In this document: positions 1-8,207 of the stretch, piece after piece
How the letters are laid out: each line of letters begins with the position of its first letter
Position numbering within the stretch: the stretch's first letter is position 1
Assembly: GCA_041496385.1 (NCBI GenBank)
Contig: JBGQEL010000076.1
Coordinates: 1-20,643, forward strand
Reading direction: 5' to 3'
Source of the DNA: Candidatus Methylomirabilia bacterium
GTDB lineage: Bacteria > Methylomirabilota > Methylomirabilia > Rokubacteriales > CSP1-6
Length of the DNA stretch: 20,643 bases
Translations under genes and position numbers: made by a program
The notes under the pieces: generated by a model
Database searches by the model: none
What the model saw: only the letters and a program-made list of their open reading frames with translations
Told to the model about the DNA's origin: nothing

Positions 1-142
1 CAATGACGCCACACGCATCTTTGGCAGGCCATCCACGGTTCCGGCGGGCTCGCGGTCCCCGCTACCAATGACGCCACACGCATCTTTGGCAGGCCATCCA
101 CGGTTCCGGCGGGCTCGCGGTCCCCGCTACCAATGACGCCAC
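1..142 (+). repeat. 65-bp perfect direct tandem repeat (2 full copies plus 12 bp of a third; may extend left of the window)
   Basis: CAATGACGCCACACGCATCTTTGGCAGGCCATCCACGGTTCCGGCGGGCTCGCGGTCCCCGCTAC occurs at 1-65 and 66-130. CAATGACGCCAC recurs at 131-142 and supplies the ATG of the next gene. No spacers. Confidence 0.95.
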
Positions 143-1143
143 GGGCGCTCGTCGCGCTGGCCCTGCTCCTTCCCGCGCTCGCGGCGGCGGCGCCGTCGCA
201 GGAGGAGCGTCGTCCCCACCCGCGCGACCTTCCGGCGCTCCCGTCGTACGTCCAGCGCGTCGCGCCGTCCGTCGTCGGACTCAGCGTGCGGAACGCCGAG
301 GGCACGCTCTCCTCCGCGCGTCTCGGCAAGGAGCGCTTCGGCAGCGGCGTCATCTTCGACCCGCGCGGCTACGCGGTCACGGTGAGCTATCTGCTCCTGG
401 ACGCGGTGTCGATCGACGTCCGCCTCCGCGACGGCCGGAAGGCGCAGGCGCACGTCGTCGGGCTCGACCTCGAGACCGGCCTGGGCGTCGTGAGGCTCGA
501 GGGCGTCGGGCCCTGGCCGGCCGCGGCGCTCGGCCCCTCCGCCGGGGTCGTCGCCGGCACCCGCACCGCCACGGTCGGCGTCGACGAGGACGGAGACCTC
601 GTGCAGGTGACGGGCGCGGTCCACGCGGTCCAGCGCTTCTCCGCCTCCTGGGAGTACATGCTCGACCGCGCGCTCATCGTGTCGCCCGCCAGCCCGCAGT
701 GGGGCGGGAGCGCGGTCGTCAACGACCGCGGCGAGGTGATCGGCATCGCGTCGCTCCGGCTCGGCGAATCGCCCCACGTGAACCTCGCGATCCCGACCGA
801 GGCGTTCCTGCCCGTCAAGGACGAACTGGTCGCCGCCGGCCGGGTCGCGAGCCGGCCGCCACGGCCGTGGCTCGGCGTCTACACGGTCGACGCGAGGGCC
901 GGCGGCCTCGTCGTCAGCGACCTCTCGCCGGTCGGCCCCGCGGCGCGCGCCGGCCTCCTCAAAGGGGACCGCATCCTGGGCGTCGACGGTGTCGTCGTCG
1001 CCTCGCAGGCGGAGTTCTACGCGCGGCTCTGGTCGCGGCGCGCCGGCGACGTGATCGAGGTCTCGGTCCAGCGGGCCGGCCGGGCGCATGTCATCGCTGT
1101 GACCTCGGTGGACCGCCATACCCTCTATCGCGTGGGGGACTGA
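133..1143 (+). CDS. Secreted HtrA/DegP-like (S1C) trypsin-fold + PDZ protein, catalytic triad apparently absent
   Basis: N-terminal signal peptide, RVAPSVVGL, GSGVIFDPRGY, GEVIGIAS, RPWLGV, and a PDZ segment GPAARAGLLKGDRILGVDG. Confidence 0.88.
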   Translation: MTPRALVALALLLPALAAAAPSQEERRPHPRDLPALPSYVQRVAPSVVGLSVRNAEGTLSSARLGKERFGSGVIFDPRGYAVTVSYLLLDAVSIDVRLRDGRKAQAHVVGLDLETGLGVVRLEGVGPWPAAALGPSAGVVAGTRTATVGVDEDGDLVQVTGAVHAVQRFSASWEYMLDRALIVSPASPQWGGSAVVNDRGEVIGIASLRLGESPHVNLAIPTEAFLPVKDELVAAGRVASRPPRPWLGVYTVDARAGGLVVSDLSPVGPAARAGLLKGDRILGVDGVVVASQAEFYARLWSRRAGDVIEVSVQRAGRAHVIAVTSVDRHTLYRVGD

Positions 1144-1147
1144 CCGC

Positions 1148-2554
1148 GTGAAGGGCGCGGCCGACACCTACGAGGGCCGCGGCCTCATCGCGGACCCGAT
1201 CCACCAGTACATCCTCTTCACGCGTCCGGGCGGCATTCCCGGCGAGGCGACCGAGCAGGACCTGATCGACACCGCGTGGGTCCAGCGCCTGCGCCGCGTG
1301 CCCCAGCTCCAGTCGGCGCGCTGGGTCTTCCCCGCCGCCGAGCACAGCCGCTTCCAGCACTCGCTCGGCGCGATGCATCTCGCGGGACGCTTCGCGCAGC
1401 AGCTCTATCCGTCGCTGCGCGGGATCTTTCCCGACGCGCCTTCCCCCGCGCTGATCGAGGAGCTGCTGCGCACCGCGGGTCTGCTCCACGACGTGGGTCA
1501 CGGCCCCTTCGGGCACTTCTTCGACGACAACTTCCTGAACGAGTATGACCTGACGCACGAGCTGGTGGGACAGCGCATCATCCGCGAGGAGCTCGGCGAC
1601 GCGCTCCGGAGCCTCCGGCGGAGCCCGAGCGGCGCGTTCAACGCGGGCGAAGCGATCGACCCGGAGTGGATCTGCTACCTCATGGGCAAGACGTACACGC
1701 AGCCGCTCGAGTCGCATCCCAAGTGGCTCGCGTTCCTGAAGCCGATCCTCTCGGGGGTCTTCACCGCCGACAACATGGACTACGTCCTCCGGGACTCCTA
1801 CATGTGCGGTGTCGCCATCGGGCCGATCGACATCGAACGGATCATCTACTACTCCTTCTTCTCCGAGCGCGGGCTCACGCTCGACCGCAGCGGGCTCCAG
1901 GCGTTCACGATGTTCCTCAACGCGCGCTTCTACATGTACACGAACGTCTACTACCACCGGACGACGCGGGGCATCGACCTCCACCTGAAGGAGATCTTCC
2001 GCCCGACGATGCGCATCGCGTTCCCCTACGACCTCCGGAAAGAGCTCCACCCGTACCTGCATCTCACGGAGTGGACGCTCCTCGAGGAGGTCGGACGCTG
2101 GCACGACGCCGACGATCCGACGCGGCGGGAGCTCGGTGTCGAGTGGCGGCACGTCCTCGACCGGAAGCTCAAGTGGCGGATGTCGGGCGAGGAGATCCTC
2201 GACCAGTTCGAGGCCCGCAAGGGCCAGGGATTCCTCGACGCCGAGACGGTGAAGCGACGCGTGCGGACCTTCCTCCCCGCCGCGCTGCGGGACTTTCCCT
2301 TCGAGATCGATATGGCGCTGCAGGACCCGCGCCCGCTGAACCCGCTCAAGATGGGCGACCGTCAGATCTACGTCTACGATGGTTCGACCAAGCGCGTCTC
2401 CGAGGAGCCGCTGACCGAGATCTTGAAGTACCTGCCCGGGAAGGTCGCGCAGTGCCGGATCTTCGCGATGAGCCACGAGCACGACGGTGAGCTGGCCGGC
2501 GCGCTGCGGCGCGCCCTGAACGAGGAGCCGCCCTCGATCGGGACGAACGTCTAG
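1148..2554 (+). CDS. HD-domain phosphohydrolase, SAMHD1-like/dNTP triphosphohydrolase family
   Basis: Motifs DPIH, QRLRRVPQL, HSRFQHSLG, LLHDVGHGPFGH, DNMDY..RD, VYYH. GTG start. Confidence 0.9.
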   Translation: MKGAADTYEGRGLIADPIHQYILFTRPGGIPGEATEQDLIDTAWVQRLRRVPQLQSARWVFPAAEHSRFQHSLGAMHLAGRFAQQLYPSLRGIFPDAPSPALIEELLRTAGLLHDVGHGPFGHFFDDNFLNEYDLTHELVGQRIIREELGDALRSLRRSPSGAFNAGEAIDPEWICYLMGKTYTQPLESHPKWLAFLKPILSGVFTADNMDYVLRDSYMCGVAIGPIDIERIIYYSFFSERGLTLDRSGLQAFTMFLNARFYMYTNVYYHRTTRGIDLHLKEIFRPTMRIAFPYDLRKELHPYLHLTEWTLLEEVGRWHDADDPTRRELGVEWRHVLDRKLKWRMSGEEILDQFEARKGQGFLDAETVKRRVRTFLPAALRDFPFEIDMALQDPRPLNPLKMGDRQIYVYDGSTKRVSEEPLTEILKYLPGKVAQCRIFAMSHEHDGELAGALRRALNEEPPSIGTNV

Positions 2555-2584
2555 CGTTATGATCGACCCGAGGCGGATTCTCGC

Positions 2585-3100
2585 GTGACGGGGCTCGCCG
2601 ATCGCCTGTACTGGCCGTGCTGGATCGCCGCCGCCGTCCTCACGGGCGTCGTCGCCGGCTTCATGCTGGGTCACGCGCTGGTCCTCGGGCGCTTCGTCGA
2701 GTGGCTCGTGACGTCGGGCTCGGGGGAGCTCGCGCTGGCGTACCCGGGCTTCCGGGCGGGCGCGGGGCGCGTGTCGCTCACCGCGTTCTACGCCGTCTGC
2801 GGACTCGAGGTGCTCTCCGTCGTCGCGTTCCTGGCGGCGGCGCTCGTGACGCGGCGACAAGCGGCGCTCGCGGCGCTCGCCGCCGCGGCCGGCGCGCTCT
2901 GGCTCGTCGTGCACTACGCCTCGGGGTTCGGGGCGCTCGAGGCGATGGTGCTCGGCGGCGCCGTGGAGCCACCGCGGATCGTCGCGGCCCGCTTCGTCCG
3001 GGTGAACACCCCGATCCATCTCTTTCACGCGGCGATGCTCGTGACCGCGCTCGGTGCGCTCCTCGCCGTGCCGCTCGCGATCTCGCGTCAGAAGGGCTAG
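2585..3100 (+). CDS. Hypothetical membrane protein with about 4 TM helices
   Basis: Four hydrophobic stretches. Fills the gap between the HD gene and the dehydrogenase and stops 3 nt before the next ATG. Confidence 0.7.
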   Translation: MTGLADRLYWPCWIAAAVLTGVVAGFMLGHALVLGRFVEWLVTSGSGELALAYPGFRAGAGRVSLTAFYAVCGLEVLSVVAFLAAALVTRRQAALAALAAAAGALWLVVHYASGFGALEAMVLGGAVEPPRIVAARFVRVNTPIHLFHAAMLVTALGALLAVPLAISRQKG

Positions 3101-3103
3101 GTC

Positions 3104-4276
3104 ATGGAGAAGTTCCGCGGCGTCGACTACTACGGGCTCGAGGATCTGCTCTCGGAAGAGGAGCGGATGATCCGCGACGCGGTCCGCGACTGGGTCGAGA
3201 CCGAGTTCCTGCCGCTCGTCACGGAGCACCACCGCGCGGGCACGTTCCCCGTGGCGTTGATCCCGAAGCTCGGCGAGCTCGGCGTGTTCGGCGCGACGCT
3301 CAAGGGCTACGGGTGCGCCGGACTCAACAACGTGGCCTACGGGCTCATCATGCAGGAGCTCGAGCGGGGCGACTCCGGCCTCCGCTCGGCCGCGTCGGTC
3401 CAGAGCGGACTCGTCATGTACCCGATCTACGCCTACGGCTCCGAAGCGCAGAAGGAGAAGTGGCTGCCGGCGCTGGCGAAGGGCGAGGCGGTCGGCTGCT
3501 TCGGCCTCACCGAGCCGGACCACGGCTCCGATCCCGGCTCGATGAAGACGCGCGCGCGGCGCCAGGGCGCCGGCTACGTCCTGAACGGCACGAAGCTCTG
3601 GATCACCAATGGCTCGATCGCCGACGTCGCGGTCGTCTGGGCGAAGGAGGACGACGGCGAGATCTACGGCTACCTCGTCCCGCGGGGGACCCCCGGGTTC
3701 TCCACCCTCGACATCCACGGCAAGTTCTCGATGCGCGCGTCGATCACCTCCGAGCTCGCGTTCCAGGACTGTCGCATTCCCCTCGAGAACAAGCTCCCGA
3801 ACGTGAAGGGCCTGCGCGGGCCGCTCGGCTGCCTCTCGCAGGCGCGCTACGGCATCGCCTGGGGCGCCGTCGGCGCCGCGATGGCGTGCTACGATTGGGC
3901 GCTCCAGTACGCGCAGCAGCGCATCCAGTTCGGCAAGCCGATCGCCTCGTTCCAGCTGGTCCAGGAGAAATTCGTCTGGATGATCACCGAGATCACGAAG
4001 GCGCAGCTCCTGGTCCTCCAGCTGGGGCGGCTCAAGGACGCCGGCAAGGTCCGGGCCCAGCAGGTCTCGATGGCCAAGATGAACAACGTGCAGATCGCGC
4101 TCGACGTGGCCCGCCGCGCGCGCGACATCCTCGGCGCGGCGGGCATCGTCGACGAGCATCCGATCATCCGCCACATGTTGAACCTCGAGACCGTGAACAC
4201 CTACGAGGGGACGCACGACATCCACACGCTGATCATCGGCCGCGACATCACAGGCCTCGACGCCTTCGGAATCTGA
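3104..4276 (+). CDS. gcdH: Acyl-CoA dehydrogenase, glutaryl-CoA dehydrogenase type
   Basis: ELERGDSGLRS, GCFGLTEPDHGSDP, KLWITNG, KFSMRASITSEL, ARYGIAWG, NLETVNTYEGTHDIH. Confidence 0.9.
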   Translation: MEKFRGVDYYGLEDLLSEEERMIRDAVRDWVETEFLPLVTEHHRAGTFPVALIPKLGELGVFGATLKGYGCAGLNNVAYGLIMQELERGDSGLRSAASVQSGLVMYPIYAYGSEAQKEKWLPALAKGEAVGCFGLTEPDHGSDPGSMKTRARRQGAGYVLNGTKLWITNGSIADVAVVWAKEDDGEIYGYLVPRGTPGFSTLDIHGKFSMRASITSELAFQDCRIPLENKLPNVKGLRGPLGCLSQARYGIAWGAVGAAMACYDWALQYAQQRIQFGKPIASFQLVQEKFVWMITEITKAQLLVLQLGRLKDAGKVRAQQVSMAKMNNVQIALDVARRARDILGAAGIVDEHPIIRHMLNLETVNTYEGTHDIHTLIIGRDITGLDAFGI

Positions 4277-4320
4277 CGACGCGCGTCCGTGCGGGCCGTG
4301 AGTTCGGTGGAGGGTCGGTG

Positions 4321-5112
4321 ATGGCGATGGGGCCCCGGCCCCGGGTGCTGGTGGTGGACGACGAGCCCGACGTCCGCGCGATGTTCGCCGAGTTCCTGCG
4401 CCTGGACGGATTCGAGGTGGTGGAGGCGGCGAACGGCCTCGAGGCGCTCCTGCAGCTCAAGCGCGCGCATCCGAGCGCCGTGGTGCTCGATCTGATGATG
4501 CCGCGGCTCGGCGGGCTCGACGCGATCAAGCGCATCCTCGCCTTCGACGCGACGATCCGGATCCTCGTCGTCACGGGGGCGCTCGACGCCGAGCTCCACC
4601 GGCAGGCCCGCGCCGCCGGCGCGGGCTTCGTGTTCACGAAGCCGGTGAGCCCGGCCGCGCTCGTGGCGGCGCTCCGTGCGCCGCCGCCCGGGCCCGCGCC
4701 GCCGCCGGACGAGCCCGCGGGCGGCGTCGGGCCGGCCGCGATCCTGGTGGTGGATGACGACCCCGAGGCGCGCTCCCGGCTCGAGACGCTGCTGGCCCGG
4801 CAGGGCTACGAGGTGCGAGTCGCGCCCGACGCCGCGGCCGGCGTGCGTGCCGTCGTGGAGCGCGCGCCCGACGTCGTGCTCCTGGACGTCGAGATGCCCG
4901 GGCTCTCAGGCGTGGGCGTGCTGCCCACGATGGTCGCGCTCGCCCCGGATGCCAAGATCATCATGGTGAGCGAGCCGGAGAACGTCGAGCTCGCCAAGCG
5001 GGCGCTCGCATTCGGCGCGTTCGACTGCGTGACGAGGCCGATCGACCCGACACTCCTCGCGCAGTCGATCGAGTCGGCGCTCGCGATGCGGCGGGTCGAC
5101 CTCCGGGAGTAG
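4321..5112 (+). CDS. Response regulator with two tandem receiver domains and no output domain
   Basis: 3' part of the 2617..5112 frame, with ATG at 4321 or 4327. REC1: VLVVDDEP..LDLMMPRLGG..TG..KP. Pro-rich linker. REC2: ILVVDDDP..LDVEMPGLSG..S..RP. Confidence 0.88.
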   Translation: MAMGPRPRVLVVDDEPDVRAMFAEFLRLDGFEVVEAANGLEALLQLKRAHPSAVVLDLMMPRLGGLDAIKRILAFDATIRILVVTGALDAELHRQARAAGAGFVFTKPVSPAALVAALRAPPPGPAPPPDEPAGGVGPAAILVVDDDPEARSRLETLLARQGYEVRVAPDAAAGVRAVVERAPDVVLLDVEMPGLSGVGVLPTMVALAPDAKIIMVSEPENVELAKRALAFGAFDCVTRPIDPTLLAQSIESALAMRRVDLRE

Positions 5113-5138
5113 CGGTTCTCCGCGGCTCCGGCGCCGGC

Positions 5139-5735
5139 TCAGCCGGGCCCGCGGCGCGCCGCCGGCCACAGGCGGACGAGGACGCCGCCGAGCACCACCA
5201 CCGCGGCGCACCAGAGCGCGATCAAGGCCCACCGCCCGAGGCGGGCGAACGCCGTCCGCGCGATCGGGACGATGGCGAGCTCGGCCTTCGCCGCGCGCGG
5301 ATGAGCGACGGGCCGGACCACCTCAAGGGCCAGATCGTATTCGGCGTCGCGGGCGGCGCGGAAGCTCGAGAGCCAGGCGACCGCCTCGACATCGCCTCGG
5401 CCCGGCGTCCCGCCCCCGAGCCGCGCGTTCAGCTCGCCGCCCCGCTTTGTCGTGAGGACCGTGCCCCCCGCGTCGCGGACGATCAGCGCGTACTCGAACG
5501 CGAGACCGTCCCGCCACTCGCCGCGGGGGGCGAGGAACGAGAGCTCCATGACGAGGATCGTGTCCACGGGCTGCTCCACGACGAGGCGCGTGAGTCCGGC
5601 GCGCGTCAGGTCGATGGGCCGCCGGAGCGGGACGCCGTCGGCGAGCGAGAGCCGGGGCGCGAGCCCCGCGCCGAGCGCCAGGACGCCCAGGAGCGCCACA
5701 AGGCACACGCCGAATCGCGCGCGCGCGGGACTCAC
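5139..5735 (-). CDS. Hypothetical membrane-anchored protein (N- and C-terminal TM helices around a soluble domain)
   Basis: 3' part of the 5139..6269 frame. GTG at 5735 overlaps the VOC stop (GTGA). Hydrophobic segments FGVCLVALLGVLALGAGLA and WALIALWCAAVVVLGGVLV. Confidence 0.65.
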   Translation of the reverse strand: MSPARARFGVCLVALLGVLALGAGLAPRLSLADGVPLRRPIDLTRAGLTRLVVEQPVDTILVMELSFLAPRGEWRDGLAFEYALIVRDAGGTVLTTKRGGELNARLGGGTPGRGDVEAVAWLSSFRAARDAEYDLALEVVRPVAHPRAAKAELAIVPIARTAFARLGRWALIALWCAAVVVLGGVLVRLWPAARRGPG

Positions 5736-6130
5736 GTCGCGAGGTCGACGTAGAGCTCGATCTGGTGACCGTCGGGATCGCGGATGGAGAACGAGCTCGG
5801 CGTCTCGCCGAACGGTACCAGGCCGTGGGCTTCGACCCAGCGGCGCGCCGCGTCGAGCTCCTCGCGCGAGGCGCCCGCCGCGAAGGCGACGTGGTAGAGG
5901 CCCGGCACGCCCTTCGGCTGGGGGCCGAGCCCGTCGGCGCGCGCGAGCTCGCACGAGACGTCGTGATGGTGAACACCCGCGGAGAAGAACACGATGCGCC
6001 CGGCCTTGGCGGTGCCCGTTTCGGCGAGGCCCAGCACGTCGGCGTAGAAGCGGCGCGTGGCCTCGAGGTCGCGAACGAACAGGGAGACGTGACCGAGTTC
6101 TCGGATCTTGAGCCGCGAGGGTGCGCCCAC
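5732..6130 (-). CDS. VOC/glyoxalase family protein
   Basis: LGHVSLFVRDLEATRRFYADVLGL, HHHD, GLYHVAF, RDPDGHQIELY. Confidence 0.9.
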   Translation of the reverse strand: MGAPSRLKIRELGHVSLFVRDLEATRRFYADVLGLAETGTAKAGRIVFFSAGVHHHDVSCELARADGLGPQPKGVPGLYHVAFAAGASREELDAARRWVEAHGLVPFGETPSSFSIRDPDGHQIELYVDLAT

Positions 6131-6159
6131 CGCGACGAGTAGTGTACCATTGAACGGTC
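6131..6159. promoter_or_regulatory. Overlapping divergent -10 elements for the VOC and MFS genes
   Basis: Minus strand TGgTACACT (extended -10, hexamer 6141-6146) lies 10 nt from the GTG at 6130. Plus strand TACCAT (6145-6150) lies 9 nt from the ATG at 6160. AT-rich patch in a GC-rich background. Confidence 0.5.
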
Positions 6160-7365
6160 ATGGCGGAATCGACGGCGGTCACCACGTTTGCCGTGAGCGC
6201 GGCGCGGATCCGTCCGAACACCAGACTCATCGCGCTGCTGGCGCTCGGGCACCTCGTGATCGATCTCAATCAGGGCTCGATCCCCGCGCTGCTGCCTTTC
6301 CTGAGAAAGGCGCACGACCTCAGCTACGCGCAGGCGGCGATCATCGTGCTCGTCGGCAACCTGAGCTCGTCGCTCATCCAGCCGCTCTTCGGCTACTTCT
6401 CGGATCAGATCTCGCGGCGGTGGATCCTGCCGACGTCGGTGTTTCTCTCGGGCGCGGGCCTGGCGCTCACGGGCGTCGCGCCGGGCTATCTCGCGGTGCT
6501 CGGCCTCATGCTCGTCATGGGATTCGGCGTCGCCGCCTGGCACCCGGAGGGCTACAAGACCGCGACGGGCGTGGCCGGCGACCGGAAGGCCACGGCGCTC
6601 TCGTGGTTCTCGCTCGGCGGCAACGCGGGGCTGGCGCTCGGCGCGCCCCTCATCACCGGCCTGATCGCCTGGCTCTCGGTCGCCGGCACGCTCGCCATGC
6701 TCGTGCCGAGCGCCATCGTGGGCGGGCTCATTCTCGCGGCGCTGCCGCTCATCGACCGCGCCACGACGCCGCGCAGTCCGACGTCGGCGCCGGCGCGCGG
6801 GGTGAACATGCCCGGGGCGATGGCGCTCCTCATCTTCCTCGTGGCGATCCGCTCGTGGGCGACGCTCGGCTTCACAACGTTCGTGCCCTTCTACTACGTG
6901 GACCACCTCAAGGCGGATCCGCGGCTCGTGGGGCCGCTGCTCTTCGTCTTCCTCGGCGCCGGCGCGCTCGGCACGGTGATCGCCGGTCCGCTCGCCGACC
7001 GCTGGGGGCCGCGCCCCTTCATGCGCTGGGTGTTCCTGGCCGCGATCCCGTTCGGGCTCCTCTTCCTCACGACGGGCGGCATCCTCGCCTTCGTCATGCT
7101 CGGGCTCTTCGGCGCCGTGCTCACCTCGAGCTTCTCGGTCTCGGTGGTCCTCGGCCAGTCCTACCTGCCGCGCAACGCGGGGATGGCGTCCGGGCTCGTC
7201 GTCGGCTTCGCGATCGGCGCCGGCGGCCTCGGCGTCACGGCGCTCGGCTGGGTCGCCGACCACCAGGGGCTGCCGGCCGCGCTGACGATCAGCGCGCTGA
7301 TGCCGCTGGCCGGCTTCGCGACCGCGCGCTTTCTGCCCGCGCCGCGAGACAAAGAATCGCTGTGA
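6160..7365 (+). CDS. MFS transporter, Fsr (fosmidomycin resistance)-like family
   Basis: About 12 TM helices. GHLVIDLNQGSIPALLP, SSLIQPLFGYFSD, WHPEG, FSLGGNAG, GPLADRWG, GMASGLVVGFAIG. Confidence 0.88.
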   Translation: MAESTAVTTFAVSAARIRPNTRLIALLALGHLVIDLNQGSIPALLPFLRKAHDLSYAQAAIIVLVGNLSSSLIQPLFGYFSDQISRRWILPTSVFLSGAGLALTGVAPGYLAVLGLMLVMGFGVAAWHPEGYKTATGVAGDRKATALSWFSLGGNAGLALGAPLITGLIAWLSVAGTLAMLVPSAIVGGLILAALPLIDRATTPRSPTSAPARGVNMPGAMALLIFLVAIRSWATLGFTTFVPFYYVDHLKADPRLVGPLLFVFLGAGALGTVIAGPLADRWGPRPFMRWVFLAAIPFGLLFLTTGGILAFVMLGLFGAVLTSSFSVSVVLGQSYLPRNAGMASGLVVGFAIGAGGLGVTALGWVADHQGLPAALTISALMPLAGFATARFLPAPRDKESL

Positions 7366-8198
7366 ACGACGGCAGCGCATTCCAGGACGGTGAGCAGGTC
7401 CTGCTCATCGATCAGCGCGGCAAGCGTCACCTGATCTTCCTGCGGAAGTCGGAGACGTTTCACTCCGATCGCGGCTGGATCGCCCACGACGCGATCATCA
7501 GCCAGCCCGAGGGCTCATGGCTCCGCTCCTCGATGGGCCTCCGGTACCTCGCGCTGCGGCCGACGCTCGCGGAGTACGTGCTCGAGATGCCGCGCGGCGC
7601 GCAGGTCATCTACCCGAAGGACCTCGCGATGATCCTCTTCTGGGCCGACATCTACCCGGGCTGCCGGGTGATCGAGGCGGGCACGGGCTCGGGCGCGCTC
7701 ACGCTCGCGCTCCTGCGCGTGGTCGGGCCCGAGGGGCGCGTGATCACCTACGAGCAGCGCGACGAGTTCGCGCGGCGCGCGGTCGCCAACATCCACATGC
7801 GGCTCGGCGAGGTGACCAACCTCACGGTGCGCCTCCGGCCCGTCGAGGACGGGCTTCCCGAGGAGCCGCCGGTGGACCGGGTGCTCCTGGACCTGCCGGA
7901 GCCGTGGAAGCTCGTGAAGCTCGTCGCCGCCGCGCTGCGCCCCGGCGGGATCTTCCTCTGCTACGTGCCGACGATCATCCAGTCCCACCAGATCGCCGAG
8001 GCGCTCCAGCAGGACCGGCACTGGGCGCTCGTGGAAACCTTCGAGACCCTCTACCGCCCCTGGAACATCGAAGGCCAGTCGGTCCGGCCGTTCCATCGCA
8101 TGGTCGCGCACACCGGCTTCATCACGGTCGCGCGCCGCGTGGTGCCGGAGGAAGGCGCGCCGGCCGCCCGCCTGCGCCACCTCGAACCCGAGGAGTAG
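7362..8198 (+). CDS. trmI: tRNA (adenine58-N1)-methyltransferase
   Basis: 3' part of the 6108..8198 frame, GTG overlapping the MFS stop. MPRGAQVIYPKD, EAGTGSGALT, LDLPEPW, RPFHRMVAHTGF. Confidence 0.92.
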   Translation: MNDGSAFQDGEQVLLIDQRGKRHLIFLRKSETFHSDRGWIAHDAIISQPEGSWLRSSMGLRYLALRPTLAEYVLEMPRGAQVIYPKDLAMILFWADIYPGCRVIEAGTGSGALTLALLRVVGPEGRVITYEQRDEFARRAVANIHMRLGEVTNLTVRLRPVEDGLPEEPPVDRVLLDLPEPWKLVKLVAAALRPGGIFLCYVPTIIQSHQIAEALQQDRHWALVETFETLYRPWNIEGQSVRPFHRMVAHTGFITVARRVVPEEGAPAARLRHLEPEE

Positions 8199-8207
8199 GA
8201 CGCGCCG

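Noticed and set aside
1..142. CRISPR array
   Set aside because: Units are contiguous and identical with no unique spacers, and no cas genes are in the window.
2559..2588. 9-codon uORF (MIDPRRILA*) overlapping the GTG at 2585
   Set aside because: Too short to support. The same bases form a TATGAT -10-like box and chance occurrence is plausible.
1091..4225. 1044-aa minus-strand ORF, and similar long antisense ORFs (127..1167, 5323..7380, 7515..9296, 9904..12138, 11846..13102, 12984..14417, 18671..19882)
   Set aside because: Shadow ORFs opposite recognisable genes. Expected in high-GC DNA and carrying no motifs.
2617..4320. N-terminal 568 aa of the 831-aa ORF as a giant response regulator
   Set aside because: Arg-rich off-frame read of the membrane protein and gcdH genes. 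The real gene starts at about 4321.
6108..7361. N-terminal extension of TrmI (696-aa ORF)
   Set aside because: Off-frame overlap with the MFS gene. TrmI similarity begins at the GTG at 7362.
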